This document shows, piece by piece, positions 38,859-53,188 of a stretch of DNA of 64,000 bases. Each line of letters starts with the position of its first letter. Position 1 is the stretch's first letter. The stretch is from Rhizophagus irregularis. Its lineage: Eukaryota. The stretch is from positions 6,014,001-6,078,000 of the forward strand of contig NC_089430.1 in the NCBI RefSeq assembly GCF_026210795.1, in the 5' to 3' direction. Under the pieces are notes generated by a model, which worked only from the letters and a program-made list of their open reading frames with translations, searched no databases and was not told where the DNA came from. The position numbers and the translations under genes are program-made.

Positions 38859-38997
38859 TATATAGTTTAAGCATAATTTCGTGATTATAATGATTACAAC
38901 TTTTATCTTTTCTTCCAAAGCAAGAAAAAAAAAATAATTTCATATAAGTTTATATTATCAAGTTATTTAATATTCACTATTTACTATATTATCTAAA

Positions 38998-41900
38998 ATG
39001 GAATATAATGATAGTGAAACAACTGAAACATCCAACTCTGAGAGTAGCTCTTTTAACAGTAAATATGAAGAAAATGAAACATCCAAAAAAATTGCTGAAC
39101 TTAAACAAGAAATTGCAAAACTAGAAAATACTAATAAAATAAAACAGAAAAAAACAAAAAAATTATTAATATTAAATCAACCAAAAATATCAGAAGCCAA
39201 ATCATCTGATAGTAAATTATAAAAAAAGGATCGTTAAATTGAAAAAATAATACAACAAAAATGAAAAAAAGATTATAAATCAAAAAAGTGATACTGCTAA
39301 ATTCTCTAGCAATAAGTCTGAACAGGTAAAATTAACTAAAACATTACATATTTACATACATATTTTTTGGGTTTATTACTTATTATTACTGTATTTATTT
39401 TTATTGCACGTCATATAGCCAATTTCAAAAGGAAAATATAAACACCAAAACATTTCTTCTTATCTTCATATACCAAAAGAATTTGGCATGGTTATATGGT
39501 ATTATAATGTTTATAATTGTATTTTTTTTTAAAAAAAATTGTTCTCTAAAAATTGCAGGAGTTTATGAGACTTTTAGTAGCTGAAAAGCTCTATCCTTTA
39601 TGCCCTACTACTGAATATCATGATATGCCTCTTAGTGAAATTAATAAATGTATTGATAGGGTAAATAATTGGCATGAATTTATTAGTTTGATTTTTTTTA
39701 ACTTAATGTTTATTTTTTATTTGTTTAATTTCGAAAAAAATCCATCTTTTCCAGAACTGTAAGTGATTGGAAAGAACGTGAGATGATCTGTCAGCATGTT
39801 AATTATAAGCGTAAGTCATATGTTTAATTTTTAAATCGATCAGCAGAATTGTTTAACAATACTCTTTTTTTAAACATATAGGATCAACTCTTAGTGATAA
39901 AACTCAAAAGACACTTAAATCTCATAAACTAAATGGAAATAGCAAAAGATTTAATTTGTAATTCATCGATCATGTATAGCACGTGCATATAAGCCACGTA
40001 ATTGATTTTTGGGTTAATAACTTATAATTTTTTCATATTCTTCGTGAATCTCAAGAAACCCATAGTGATTCTGTGTTTGTTAAGGCTAGTTTCGTTATAG
40101 TTAACAATTTTACATATTAAATAATAATCATATAAATATACAAATAGTTATTGTTTAAAAAATTGTGTAAATATTATCGTACTTATGATAAAACGACGCG
40201 AACTAGCAGTTACGTTAGTTTCTTGTAGAATAATTGAACCCCGCTTACATTATGGACCATTTTCACGAAACTGGTAGTTTATTCCAACAATAAAAAGTAG
40301 TAATGATATAGAAATGATGTATCCTATTCGGATTGGTATGAGAACACAAGTAGAAATAAATGGAAAAAAATTTACTATGCGTATTTTAGAAGGAAACAAA
40401 TTTGATTTGAACCAACCTGGTTATACTTGTCAATGTGATTCTGATTCCAGTGAAATTGAAGATAATCCAACTAATGCAATTACTTCTTTATATAGACAAA
40501 TTTTCAAAACTCAAACAAAAATTTTGGGTTCAATGGTTATGGGTTTTGATAAGGATTCAATATTTACCGAATTATTACAAGATATAGAATTCTGCCCTTA
40601 TTCTATTAGTATAGCAGATAAACTGACTATTATGGTTTTCAGTTTAGGTGCTTCTAAAAAAGAAAGTTGGTTGGGTGCTGGAGAAGGATATATGGCTTCT
40701 TTTATTCATATTTTTAGAAAAGAACGTTGTATTTTTGTTCAAAAATTTATAAAAAACAAGTCCATAGTAGAAGTATGGAATAATAGCACTAAAATTTCAC
40801 ATTATGAAGGTAGTTCACCTGTAGAAGTTTGGCAAAAAATTGGAATTTTGGGAAAATTCCAAGGTACACAATTATTTGGGCTTGAGCATGCATATACGTG
40901 ATCTGCGTTACGATGATTATATATTCCAAAGTGTCAACCATCTCAATGGAGTAATGAAAAACTAATGAATAGTTTATACGAATATCACCTCAAAAGACGA
41001 ACTATTGTTGGAATAAATTGGTTACATTTATTTAAACAGTGAGAGTCTGGTGGAAATATTATTGAAATAAATACAATCCTTACAAATTTATATCCAAAAA
41101 ATTACCAATTTAGTGATCGTGAAATGCAAGCTTGGAGCTCTATGCTTAAAGCTGCTGGTTGTACAGATATAACACCTTTTAATAGTGAAGTATCTCCAGT
41201 AATTGTATTTTATAATTGATTTATCTCGTCTTACATTAGGAATTATCAAAATTCATATAAAAAACAGCATAAATTTTGGTCACGATCTTTAGATCCTACG
41301 GATGATAAAAATACTTTGAAGAATCTCTTTCAACTAGGCTTTTTAAATCCATATCCATCAAGTATTCAAAATCCGTCACAAATATTTTGGGATTGTTTTG
41401 CAAAAAGTTTAACACAAAATCCAAAAGGTCCTGATGGGATATGACGAATTTTATCCATTATTGCACATCAATTTTCTTATCAGGAATTACAAAATAGACT
41501 TGGAGTAAATATAATATGAACTATATTCTTGTATATCTTCGTGAAATATTCTAAATAAATTTGATGATATTAATTTAGGTTTCACCTACAACTATTAATG
41601 CGGCAAGAAAATATGCTACACTCAATGGTTCAGGATGCCGACAAATAAAAAAACCTATAATTATACGTAGCCCACCTTTTACTAAAGAAATAGAAGACCA
41701 ATTTGAAGCTTTTTTTTCAGACAAAGCAAATGTTAGTATGAGTTCGTATAAGGTTAATCCAAGAACTAATCATCCGATTCTTTACCTGCTTGATCAAAAA
41801 GAATCATTATGGAAAAGATTTTCAGAAATTTATCCTAATGATATGAAAAGAACGGTATTTATGGGACGGATTGAAGATGGTCCATATAGGTATCGTGAAG

Positions 41901-43817
41901 ACTTGGGAGGGTTGTGTTCAATTTGTGCAGAATACGGATATGAAGTATTTGATGATTTAGCTAAAATTATAAGATTGCATGTTGAAAATCTTTCAGTTCA
42001 AGTATGTAATTTACATAATTTCCGTACTTTATTCATAAATTATTTTTTACATTTTTTTTTTTTTTTTTTAAAAAAAATATAGAATAAATTATTACAAGAT
42101 GTAGAACTAATTAAACGTCATATGAAAAGAGAATATGTACGTGAAATTAGCGTTAAAAGTAATGGTCATGCTGAACATGATGAATGTATTGATCACTGCT
42201 TACCTTATGCATTTGGTGAATGTAATAAGATGCATAGTATAAGGTGTTCGCATTGTCCAAAACTTTATTCATTTTTTGATAAATTGGAATCAATTCTCCC
42301 AGCTGAAGAAATACAACTTATAGACGATAAAAAAGAAAAATTACTTCATTATTTGGCACATCAAACGCGAAAAGTATATCTTAATGCACAGGTTCAAGCA
42401 AATTTATTAGAATTAGATAATGATGGGGCTATACTTATTGTTGACTATAAGATGTGTATCTTACCAAAATCAGCACAAGAATCCAAGTCTGAATTTTTTG
42501 GAAAAAAGGGTTGGACTTTACATTCTATATTGATATATACCAAATCGGAAAATGAAAAACTAAATGTGGCCGCATTTGACCACTGGTCAGCAGATACAAG
42601 ACAGGACGCATGGTTTACTGCTTCTTCACTTCACGCAGTATTTGAAGTTATGGACAATAAGCCAAAATGGGTTACATTAATCTCAGATAATGGACCTCAT
42701 TACCACAACAGTGAAATGATGATTATAATGGCATATTGGAAGGATTGGTACGATATTGAAGTAAAGAGTTGGATTTTTTTGGAGGCTGGAGAGGCAAAAA
42801 CGGCTATAGATTCTCACCACGCACAGGTCAGATCTAATAAATACATAACAATCATTATTTTTTTAGAGTACTAAAAATGGTTCACATAGATTGCGCATGC
42901 CATTAAAAGATATATTAGAATTGAATTTGAAATTAGAGAAGGCAGTGATATAGAAAATTCAATCAAAGATCTATGTGGTACATCAGTAGGGGAAATAAAT
43001 CCTAATCGTGAAAAAACTGATAAAAAGATAAAATCATTGGTTGGGATATCTAATATGAATGAATGGAAATGGCCAATCAATGGGCCATTTGCAGGGTCTA
43101 TACAAGCACGTACCTTGCCAAATATAGGTAGTTTTACCAATTATTCTCCTATACAAACACGAAATTCATCAAAAATTGAAATAACGAAACCAAATCCAAT
43201 GATTTCTACACCTTCTGTGCCAAAATCTTTGTGGACTATACCAGTGCCGAATTCTGGTGATTTTTTTCTAATTTGTTACTCTATAAACCCAATAATTGCT
43301 AAATTATTCAATTTTTAGATATCTCTTCTAAGCGTCTACGAATAAATACACCTAATAAAAATTTAGTGCAAATTAACAATGGAATTGTAGATACAGAAAA
43401 TAATTTCAAGTAAGAAAACCAACCTTATTTTATATTACTTGTTTTTAAACTGAGTTATAAAATAATTAGATTGACTTCTGCTTATATTATAGTGTTAATG
43501 CAGAATTTCAACTTGCATCTGGATGGGCGTTAAAAGCAAATCAAAAGTTTGGAAAAAGAAGTAGAGCAAGAATATCAAAAAAGGTTATTGCATTATTGCA
43601 AGGTTTTTTTCATGCATGTAATGCTGATAAAAGTGATCGATACTCAGCTAATGATATGTTATCAGAACTTATCCATATGGCAAATAGTAAAGAGTTGGAT
43701 CCTGAAATAATACCAAAAATAGAAACAATTGAAAATTGGATTAGTAGATATTCTGCAGCTTGTAAACGTGAAATGGCGGCTATAGCTTTAGAGCGTCAAG
43801 TGCAAAATCAGCCATAG
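38998..43817 (+). pseudogene. Large multi-exon DDE transposase, Sola3-like core, with FYR-like N-terminal repeats; multiple stops
   Basis: VDYKMCILP..FFGKKGWTLH..ISDNGPHYHN..EAGEAKTAIDSHHA; Cys-rich CIDHC..C..CSHC; C-terminal GWALK..GFFH..IENWISRY. Stops at ~40900, 41040, 41441. Confidence 0.7.
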
Positions 43818-44204
43818 TACTTACGTTAATAATACATAAGTTTTGAATAAAACAATATTTCAAAAATACAAATTTATATACAAAAAAATGGTTATAAACT
43901 TATAAATTATAAATAGAAGTTAAGTAAATTAATTTTCAGTTTATTCAGAGCGAAATTGTTAAAATATTATATATAGCGTCATTGCTGGAATCCACAGGTA
44001 CCCCAAATAAAAACTTAAAAATGAACATATAAACAAAAAATATTTTTTTCGTCTAAAAATGATACACATTTCACAAACAACACATGTGATTTTTAGTACA
44101 ATTGGATTATTCTAGAAAAATTTTTAATAGTATGGTATTTCTTGTATTTGACAATCATTTGCATCTATAAATAGTAAAATCCCCCGAAAATTAATTATAA
44201 AAAT

Positions 44205-44940
44205 ACTACACGTGATTGCCGAATTACGAATTAAGAGAAAAGTGGTTAAATCTAACGATGAAATCAATGAAGAAGAACAACAAACAAGCGGATCAACTTT
44301 ATCAACAAAAAATTGTGGTAATTTTTAAATATTATATGAATTTTTTTTTGTAAATTAATCAATGAATTATATAATATTTTGAAATTATAGCATTATTACT
44401 GTAGAATGCCATTATTGGAATTTAACAGCTCAAATATAAAAAGTTTGGAAGAACTTAATAATGAACCTTCACAAAGTAAGTATAAATTATAATGCATTTT
44501 ATAGATTCTTAACAAATAATTAACTAATAATTATATTATATATTGAAAGCAGTTGATAGAGTAATACAACAAAAAAGTGATGTAGAACAAGAAACTGATC
44601 AAGAAGTTTCACAAGTTAAAGATCATGGTAACAAGCATAAAGCAACACATAATAATGAAAAACAAAAAGAAACTTCTCAAGTAATACGTTCTAGTTGCAA
44701 GTGTAACGTAATACAACAAAAAAGTGATAAAGAATGAGAAACTGATGAACATAAAGATGATCAAGAGGCTCCTCAAGTAAAACATTGTGGTCGCAAGCGT
44801 AAAACAACACAAAAATTACATAATATAAAAAGCAAGAAGAAATCCTTCAAGTAAGACGTTCTAATCGTAAATGTAATATAACACAACAAAAAAATGATGA
44901 TAATAAACAAGAATATAATAAGAAGCAATGTAAAAAATAG
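44205..44940 (+). pseudogene. Small spliced low-complexity gene with QVxRSxRKRNVIQQKSD-like repeats
   Basis: Short exons with GT-AG introns and ~75-bp internal repeats; stops present. Confidence 0.4.
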
Positions 44941-45181
44941 TTTTATTAATTATTTTTAGTATAGTACTATATTTTATAGCAAAATTAATACATATTTAAT
45001 ATATTATTCTTACAAAAATCTAATAAATAATATACAAATTTATTTCAAATGCTAAATAAAAATTCTACATATTTATTACAAATTTCGTATAAATGGATGC
45101 TCATAATTGTATTAAATTCATTATACTAACATATTTTACATTTTTTATACAAAAACATGATAGAAACTTTTTACTGGGCTT

Positions 45182-46733
45182 TTTTACAGCCTTGTTAGGA
45201 GTAGAGCTCCGCAACCTGACCCGACAGATCGGGTGACCTGATGGGTTGACCCGAAATATTCAGGTCAGGTCATCAAATTCATGACCTGACACAAGTCGGG
45301 TCAGTGCTGGTCGGTACCCGACCCGACTCGTTGACCTGACATATATTTGGGTCAAATAAATTAAATAACGCCGAAACTTATAATAATTCTGGCATTTTTA
45401 CATGTACAATCGAAAAAAAATGCCGTAACTATCAGTTTCGGCGTTTTTACATGTAAAATCAAAAAGAAGAACGCCGAAACTAATTATTCCGGCATTTTTA
45501 CATGTAAAATCAAAAAGAAAAATGCCAGAACAAATTATTCTGGCGCTTTTACATGTAAAATTGAAAAAAAACGCTGAAACTATCAGTTTCGGCGTTTTTA
45601 CATGCAAAATCAAAAAGAAAAATGCCGGAACTAATTATTCTGGCATTTTTACATGTAAAGTCGAAAAAAAAATGCTAAAACTATCAGTTTCAGCGTTTTT
45701 ACATGTAAAATCAAAAGGAAAAACACTGAAATAAATAGTTTCGGCATTTCATATATAAAAACAAAAGTAAAAAACGTTACAAAATGTTTTTTTACAATAT
45801 TTAATAATAAAACTTCGGGCAACCTGAGTTACCCAAAGTGACCTGAATACTTTCGGGTCAAATGGGTCAGATCGGGTCAGAACGGTTTACCCGACCCGAC
45901 CTGACCTGAAAAAAAATTTCAGTTCGGGTTAACCAAGTAACCCGACCCGACCCGACCCGTGCGGAGCTCTAGTTAGGAGATATACCTATTAACCGAGTAG
46001 GAGTATTATTGTAAATATCATCATTTATACGAAGTCCTTTAATCTATACTCTGGATCTATCAGTTAAAGGCAAATGAAAATCTTCAGTATCTTGCCAAAA
46101 ATAAGCATGTTTTTCAAATTCTTGATGGTCACGTTCAGCAATAGCTATATCACGTTTAGAGTTAGCATACTGAATTCTTACATTATAACTGGGTAATAAA
46201 TCTCTACATTCGCCCATATATTCGGTACCTCTATCTACAATAAAAGTATTTGGATAGCTAAGAGGATTATTAGGATCATCATAGATTTTCTGAATTGCTC
46301 TGGCCATCTGTGTAGCTGTTTTATCAGTCAATGCAAAACTGCAACGATACCTAATTGCAATATCTTTGATAACGCCCCTATACTTATAAATCTGATTACT
46401 TACTTTATCATGAGGCATAGGAGTAGTATCACTCTGGTGTACTTCATTCAATGTTCGTATATTATTGAAAGAAGCGTATTGAATAAATTTTGGCCGAGGC
46501 TTGTGAATCTGATGTAAAGCCTGTTTGTTAAGCCAATTTTTTATAACAGCCAAAATAAACCCATATCTGGCTTTCTTACAAGCCATTTGCATTTTTTCAG
46601 CAGTCCGATAATATCCCTCAGGTCTGTAATAAAGTTTCTGTAAAGCAAGATCCCAATCTAAGTCTCAAGCTTTTTGAGGATCAATATAAATAACCAGGAA
46701 ATCAAAGACTTTAAGCTTCATTTCCTCTCCCAT
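45182..46733 (-). pseudogene. Polinton/Maverick-type (rve family) integrase, N-terminal and catalytic part, interrupted by a hAT MITE
   Basis: LQKLYYRPEGYY..WLNKQALHQIHKPRP..HQSDTT..KDIA.RY..IVDRGTEY..AIAER..YNNTPTRLIG.SPN; D-D-E triad visible; two in-frame stops. Confidence 0.85.
45202..45971. mobile_element. hAT-type non-autonomous element, 770 bp, with internal ~42-bp tandem repeats
   Basis: TIR TAGAGCTCCGCA; 8-bp TSD GTTAGGAG; ACCCG/ACCTG subterminal repeats; internal TTTTACATGTAAAA palindromes. Confidence 0.92.
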
Positions 46734-49362
46734 TCCAATTTTTTATAATTATGAAAAAAAGTTAGTATTAATGAAGTCAGATTCTATTCATCAGCTGAGA
46801 CACTTTTTTTCTTACATCTCTGCCTAGTCTCTTTAAGGTTTGTCACATGACTTCATATCACATCATGATTCTTAACATTTTTGATTAGCAAAATTTTGCT
46901 TATTTAATATATTTGTATAATATCTCCTTCTGCAGATTTAGTGGAATGTCAAACCTTGCAAGGGGATTATCTTCAGATGCAAAAGTATTGGACTTGATCC
47001 TCTAGATAATATAGATAATGAGTATGATATAACCTCCGATGTTGTATAGTATAGTGTCACATCGATAAGTATAGTAAGTATAATACTAACTATACTTGGT
47101 ATAGATAAACCGCATGTTATACTTCGGACTTTTTAATGGTGGATATAAAAAATTTTTTTTATCGTATAGCTGATAGTAGGGCAAATTTAAATTTAAATTT
47201 TTACCATTTTAACTTGTAATAAACCGAAATCTGCCATTTCTCAATACTTAATTTACTCATTATAAATAAAAAAAACATTTACTTATTTATTTTATTTATG
47301 AAAAGCTTTCTTTTATTTTAAGATTTAAAAGTTATTTATTACAAAGGTGGAAGTTTATCTTTTGACCATCAGAAACATAATTAGATTTGTGATTTATTAG
47401 TGTTTTAAAGCAAAGTTTACATTGAATATATTAGTAAAACTTCTTTTTATCTTTCGAATATCTAATTTAGTGAAAATTCTGATGGATCTTTTTTTTGTAG
47501 TATGCCTTCTGGGACTTCTCAAAGGATTAAGAAATGAAATTAGCCTTTTATATTTATTTGTTTGTTTGTTTTTCATTATGGAATGTTTGTAAATTTATTT
47601 TAACTTTATTTCTTGCGATAGTGCTTTCAGAAAAATCTGAAAAAATGAACATCAATCATATGACAGATAACGTTCTAAATGGATCCCATAACAATAAAAT
47701 CACAATATAGGTCATGATTTCAAACTTAAATCTGTTTTCTTTAACTCCTAAATATCTATTTTGTAGCCCGACCGACTCACTTTACTCCAAACTGATAATA
47801 TCTCAAGAGTCAGAAGATATATTTTTTAATAATAAACGAATTTATAATAACATAATAAGGTATCTATTAACGATTTTTATTAATTTAAATGTACTGTGAG
47901 ATCTGATATAATTACTTTTGAATTAAAGATATAATTGATTATGCATCAAAATTTCAAAATTTTAGATTTAAAAATCGATTTATTAAACTTTTAATAGGGT
48001 AATAATCCAAATATGTTCATTTATTAAATTATGTCTACTGATTAATGCCAGTAATTGCTATCTAATTTATTTATTAATACAATTATTTAATTAAAGTTAA
48101 ATTCGTTAAATTCTCAGATTAAAGAAAAGGAAGATAATGTTTTATTTTGAAATGTGTTTAGTATATATTTATTAAGCAATGTTTGTTAATAAATAGAGAA
48201 ATAAAATTTCCAAAAAGCTTTGTTATTTATTATTTAAATTAAAATTTTGCATCAGATATCACATCAGAAACTATCCTTTTTGGAAGAAGTAAAACAAAGG
48301 AAAAGAAAACTATATGAATCCACCCATATATTGTAATGTTAAAAGAAATTAATAATGTCATTAAATCTATACACTGCTATGAAAAATATATGATTATAAC
48401 ATACGGGCTTAATAGTATTTTTTAATTCAGGTTAAATTCCAATAATACCATCTGATTAGATTGATTAATTTTAATATATATGCAATATAAAATTCCAGAT
48501 GAAAATACTGTAACTGTATAAATAAATTGAATTTGTATAAATGGCGTAATATTTATTAAATTTTACCCCTTTCATTTATCGAAAATCTCAAGATCTTTGA
48601 TAAACATTACCAAATATATATTGTTGATTCCATAAATAAGAACCTGATTTAATTGTGCAACATTAATTTATATAAATCTGACAAAGTTTCAAAATTTATC
48701 TGACTTTTTTCAATTTTTTCTATATTAAAAAAGTTTGAGAAAAAAAGAAAAAAGGGGGAATAGGTATGTAATTATATATGAAAATTCATTATTGCTGTAT
48801 TATTAATTATTGATATTTTTACTGATTAATTCAAATTATTACAGTTAATAAAGTTTCCCTTCAAGTAACTATAGATAGGAGTAATGTAAAATTATACTTC
48901 AGATGGAAGAATTTTTATGTTAATATGATATTTTTGGAAAAATAGATTGAAAAGATTTAGCTACAATCGGTGATTTATGCATAACAAATGAGTTTTATTC
49001 TAAAATTAGGTTCATATTTTTTTTTAAATATGGGTTATTAACAAATTTGATTATGAGTGATGATGATACCCTTTTTAAATCAAATTTACATGCGTAAAAT
49101 GATACTTTATTATTGTAATCGCATCACATAAAATTTATTTTCTTTTCACCTTTTTTTCATACCCTTCAAAATACTTGTAAAAAAAACTTTTCTTTCAATA
49201 AAAAATGGAGGTAATTGAGATTATAGATGAGGAAATATATGATGTAAATAAGGATGCTCAGAATATTCAGGTAAAATTTAAAAAAGTTTTATTAAAATTA
49301 TAGTTTAAACTAATCAAATTTTATTATATAGATGTTACCTACTAATATTGATTCTAGTAGTG

Positions 49363-52267
49363 AAAAAAAAAAACTCTTCCCTGTACCGTTCACGTCCATT
49401 TTTCACATAAGAAATAATACACTTTTTTCTCGTTAATTTACTAGAAAATTAGCACTTCAGTATTAAAACAAAAGTGTTCCTTGTTTCAACCAACACACTT
49501 TTGATTATCACTCTTTTCAGTTTGCAAAGGTTTATAAGGGCTTACTAGTCCTTTGTAGAAAAAAATTTGTGGTTTTCTTGCGAAGTTTTCTTCACAAGAA
49601 AGTGTAAATACAGTGCACCAATTAGATATAGGATGCCGAATAAAAAAATTTTAGTCGGCTATACTTTTTCCATCCAGAAAAAGTGAAACAGTACACGGGG
49701 TGGATACGATCTACTCCACCTGAAAAGGAAAGTCCTACATTCTTTTACATGTGGATTCGTTACAGAAAGAGAAAGATACATTGATGATTATTACCAATAA
49801 TAGACAGATAGTAAAGAAATATGATAAGCCGTTTAAGATTAGTTCTGATAGGGCTATTATGAATACTAAATACAGGATTTCAAAATACTTGACAAGTGTA
49901 TTTTGTGGGTTGCCTATTGATTTAAATGCTAGAAATAAGTATTTTTGTAGAATACGTCAATTATTATTAGATAAACTTGTAGCGATAGAAAATAGATTAA
50001 AGAAACAAGAAAAGAATAGACAGACTACAACTTATATTAAATTTAGTTATAGTAAATGAATATGGTATTTGGGGTTCTATATTTCATATTCATTTTGTAG
50101 TAATGTCTGTGCTTATGTAATGTCAAACAATAGGAAAGTATGTCAAAATTGTCGTTCAAAGGTGATAGTAACACCTACACCTTCCATGCCAAATACGTTT
50201 AAAAATTATTGTCAAAGTAAACAAATAGTAAGTAAACACATAGGCGTTGCTTATACAAAAAAGGTTTCAATAGATAGTGGTACAGGTAACTATTTAATTA
50301 CATACTTGAATTTAGGTATTAACAAACAATTCAAAATGATAAAAGAACAAGAGAAGTATAAAAAGAGGTTTACGAATAGCCTCAAAAATAATAAAAATAA
50401 ATGGAATTACATCACACATCAAATGACCAAAAACAGGCAAAAAAAATGGCTAGAATTGCATAAACTATTCGCAAATTTATATAAACTATTTACAAATAGT
50501 ATAGGTTAATTCGCAAATAGCCAAAAACAGCCAAGAATAACCAAGAATAACCAAGAATAGCCACTGCTTTTTGCGCCATTTTTTTTTGCCGATTTTTAGC
50601 ATTTCGACCTGTACACTAATAATGGATTTGAGTCAAAGCCAATAGTTTCCAAATATCGATTGAAACGAAGATGTGATATTCTTAAGAAACATTATATATC
50701 AAACAAGGAATTAGAGTTTCTGTTAGACCAAGTTACAAGTAGATCAGGATACAACATGTTGAAAGAAGATAATTTGAGAAAATATTCACTGTTGAAGGAA
50801 TGGTTAATAAAAATAAGAAAGAAAAAAGAAGCTGCTTTTGAACGCAAAGGTATTAAGGTGGCAGAACAGTCGACCAGTGCTGGTAAGAATACTATGGTCG
50901 ACAATATTACCACAAATTTTCAAGAGCTAGATATTAAAGAACAGGATAACATGCTTTCCTGGCAAGAAATATATACTACATAGAGAAACACCGATTACAA
51001 GGCCTGAATTTCATAGGGAGTTGAATAGTGTCAGAGATCTTAAAACTCTGTCGATATATCATAATGGAGTTAGAAACAAAAGACTTGTTTATAACTTGTC
51101 TTATAAGTATGTTATTGATCAGTGTAAAATAAGGGCTCGTAAGATAAAGAGCGCCTCGTGGTGTTAAGAAGGTATAAATAAGTAATTAGTTATTCTTGTT
51201 TTGTTTTTCTATTTTCTTTTGTGGGATGGCTAATTACAAAGAAACAAATTATCAAATGAGAAAAAATGAATAATTATTTTTGGATTTTAAATCATTCCTT
51301 ATCTGATAATATTTACATAAGGCTATTAAGTTAGAAAGAAAAATATATAGACAGATTGTCTATTGAATTTATTTTGTAGTTTCACACCATTCCATATTTG
51401 ATTATATTTACATATGGCAAATTTTATTTGAAAGAAAAATATATAGACTTCTTTTAGTAGTTTTAATGAATTAATTATATACTCGCTTCATCATTCTGTA
51501 TTAGATAGTATGTACATACAGCTTTTTTAATAAAGAAAGAATCATTACATATATGCACGTTATTTATAACGTGTAGCGATTAAAAATTTTTTTAGCTAAA
51601 ATTATACAGGAGTATTCAAGAGATGATATAGATACACAAGAATTAAAAATTAAAATTAATGAGCTTGGTATATGGGATATTGGATGTTTATATGATTTTA
51701 CATTTTTAATGAAGAATCAAGTCAGTTGTCAGTTAATAGAATTATTAAAGTGCTATAAAATAATTGAAGAAAAATTGTTGTATAAGGTACTGAAACAAAT
51801 AACTGGAAGAGTTTTATTAGAATTCAAAGTGCTTATTTGGGAACTAAGGAACGAGTTACAAATAAAGGAAGAAAAGCGGTGCGGTATTAGCGGTAAAGAT
51901 AAAAAAGCTAAGTCACATAGTAAACGCACTGAAATGGGTGTTAAAGATGTTGGCTGTAAGATGTTAGAAAGTAATTGGAATAAATGGAATGATTTAGCAT
52001 TCCATCAAGGCGGTTATTGGGCAAATTTTTAGGTAGATCATGACAGTTACCTTTGAATTTGAGGTTGCATCATGGTTTTTAACAATGATGTGATCGTTTA
52101 GGTAACAGGTCGACTTGTTCTTTATGAAAAGTAGTCTTGTTTCATAATGCTTAATTCTTATATGTATTTGTTTATCTTATATTTTGTAAGTTTATATATG
52201 TAAGTAAGCGTGATTATAATAGGACATGATTATATATATAATAAAGTTTTTAAAAAAAAAAAAAAAA
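49363..52267 (+). mobile_element. Internally deleted non-LTR retroelement with poly(A) tail
   Basis: 16-bp TSD ATTGATTCTAGTAGTG (49347-49362 and 52268-52283); 3' A-run. Decayed basic ORF at 49751-50983 and LINE ORF2-like tail LIWELRNELQIKEEKRCGISGKDKK; no RT motif seen. Confidence 0.8.
50413..50613. mobile_element. Possible miniature CACTA-like insert
   Basis: CACACATCAAATGACCAAAA ... TTTTAGCATTTCGACCTGTA with 10-bp internal repeats; TSD imperfect (CAT/CAC). Confidence 0.4.
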
Positions 52268-52975
52268 ATTGATTCTAGTAGTGATAATGAAAGTATAAAA
52301 GAGGCAGAAATGGCATATTTTACGAAAAATCTTGGTGTATTAACCATTATTTATTCAACTATACCTATAGAATATCCTGCAATGGTGTTGCAACAGTTTT
52401 TAGTATACAAGGATGGAAAAATCATATGGATGCATTTAATGACGTAAGTTAATACTTAAAACAGCTTATTTCTTTTTATTAATTAATTAATTAAAATGAT
52501 TTTTACTTTTAGATACAGTATTCTATTGGTAGCGGTAGTGGCTCTCCTATTCAGAAGTGTCCTTTTTTTGGTAACATTTCTGTTACAAAATATGTAAGAG
52601 AATGCCAAGGAATCAAACATTGTTCTTTTGCTGATTTTGATCTTATAAATGCTAAACATTGTGAAGTAGACTTTGAATCTGATATTTTCAAACAAATTAA
52701 TAAAAACAATAAAGAAAATAATAAAGAAAATTATACATATATGTAAGTAATTTTTAATTTAATTTTTAATTAATTAAACATAATTAATTAATAATTTCTT
52801 ATTTAATTATAGTATATTTCTTGCTACTCAAGATTTACAATGTAAATTTAAGCAAAATGGTATCACTTGTTCTGGACAACCTAAACTTATACGATTATTG
52901 GAAAAAGAATCTTACAAATATCGTTGGATTATTGGATGTACTAACTATAAGCCTCAAGAGAAATGGCACAGATAT

Positions 52976-53188
52976 AGGACCCCGAAATATATATGTAGAG
53001 GTCAGGTCCAGAAGTGGTCCAAAATACGCATTCTTTCAGGGCCGGAATTACGATAATTTCAGCCATTATCTAAATTAGGAAATATTATTTTGGCTGGGAT
53101 TATCCATAAAAGGAATGATCTACATGATTTTTTTGACTCATTATACGCAAACTCTGACCTGACCCTTTTATGTATATTTCGGGGTCCT
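52976..53188. mobile_element. P-like MITE, 213 bp
   Basis: 33-bp imperfect TIR AGGACCCCGAAATATA..GGTCAGGTC; 8-bp TSD ACAGATAT. Removal restores KWHRYIEID. Confidence 0.9.

Larger units (their letters stand above)
33511..45178. mobile_element. 11.7-kb DNA transposon with 13-bp TIR CCCAGTAAAAAGT and 3-bp TSD CTT
   Basis: CTT|CCCAGTAAAAAGT...ACTTTTTACTGGG|CTT. Removal restores the integrase frame. Confidence 0.88.

Noticed and set aside
45398..45734. Repetitive ORFs on both strands
   Set aside because: Arise from palindromic tandem repeats inside the hAT element.
47150..49150. Possible captured gene in the Mutator-like element
   Set aside because: Only short degraded frames; nothing assignable.
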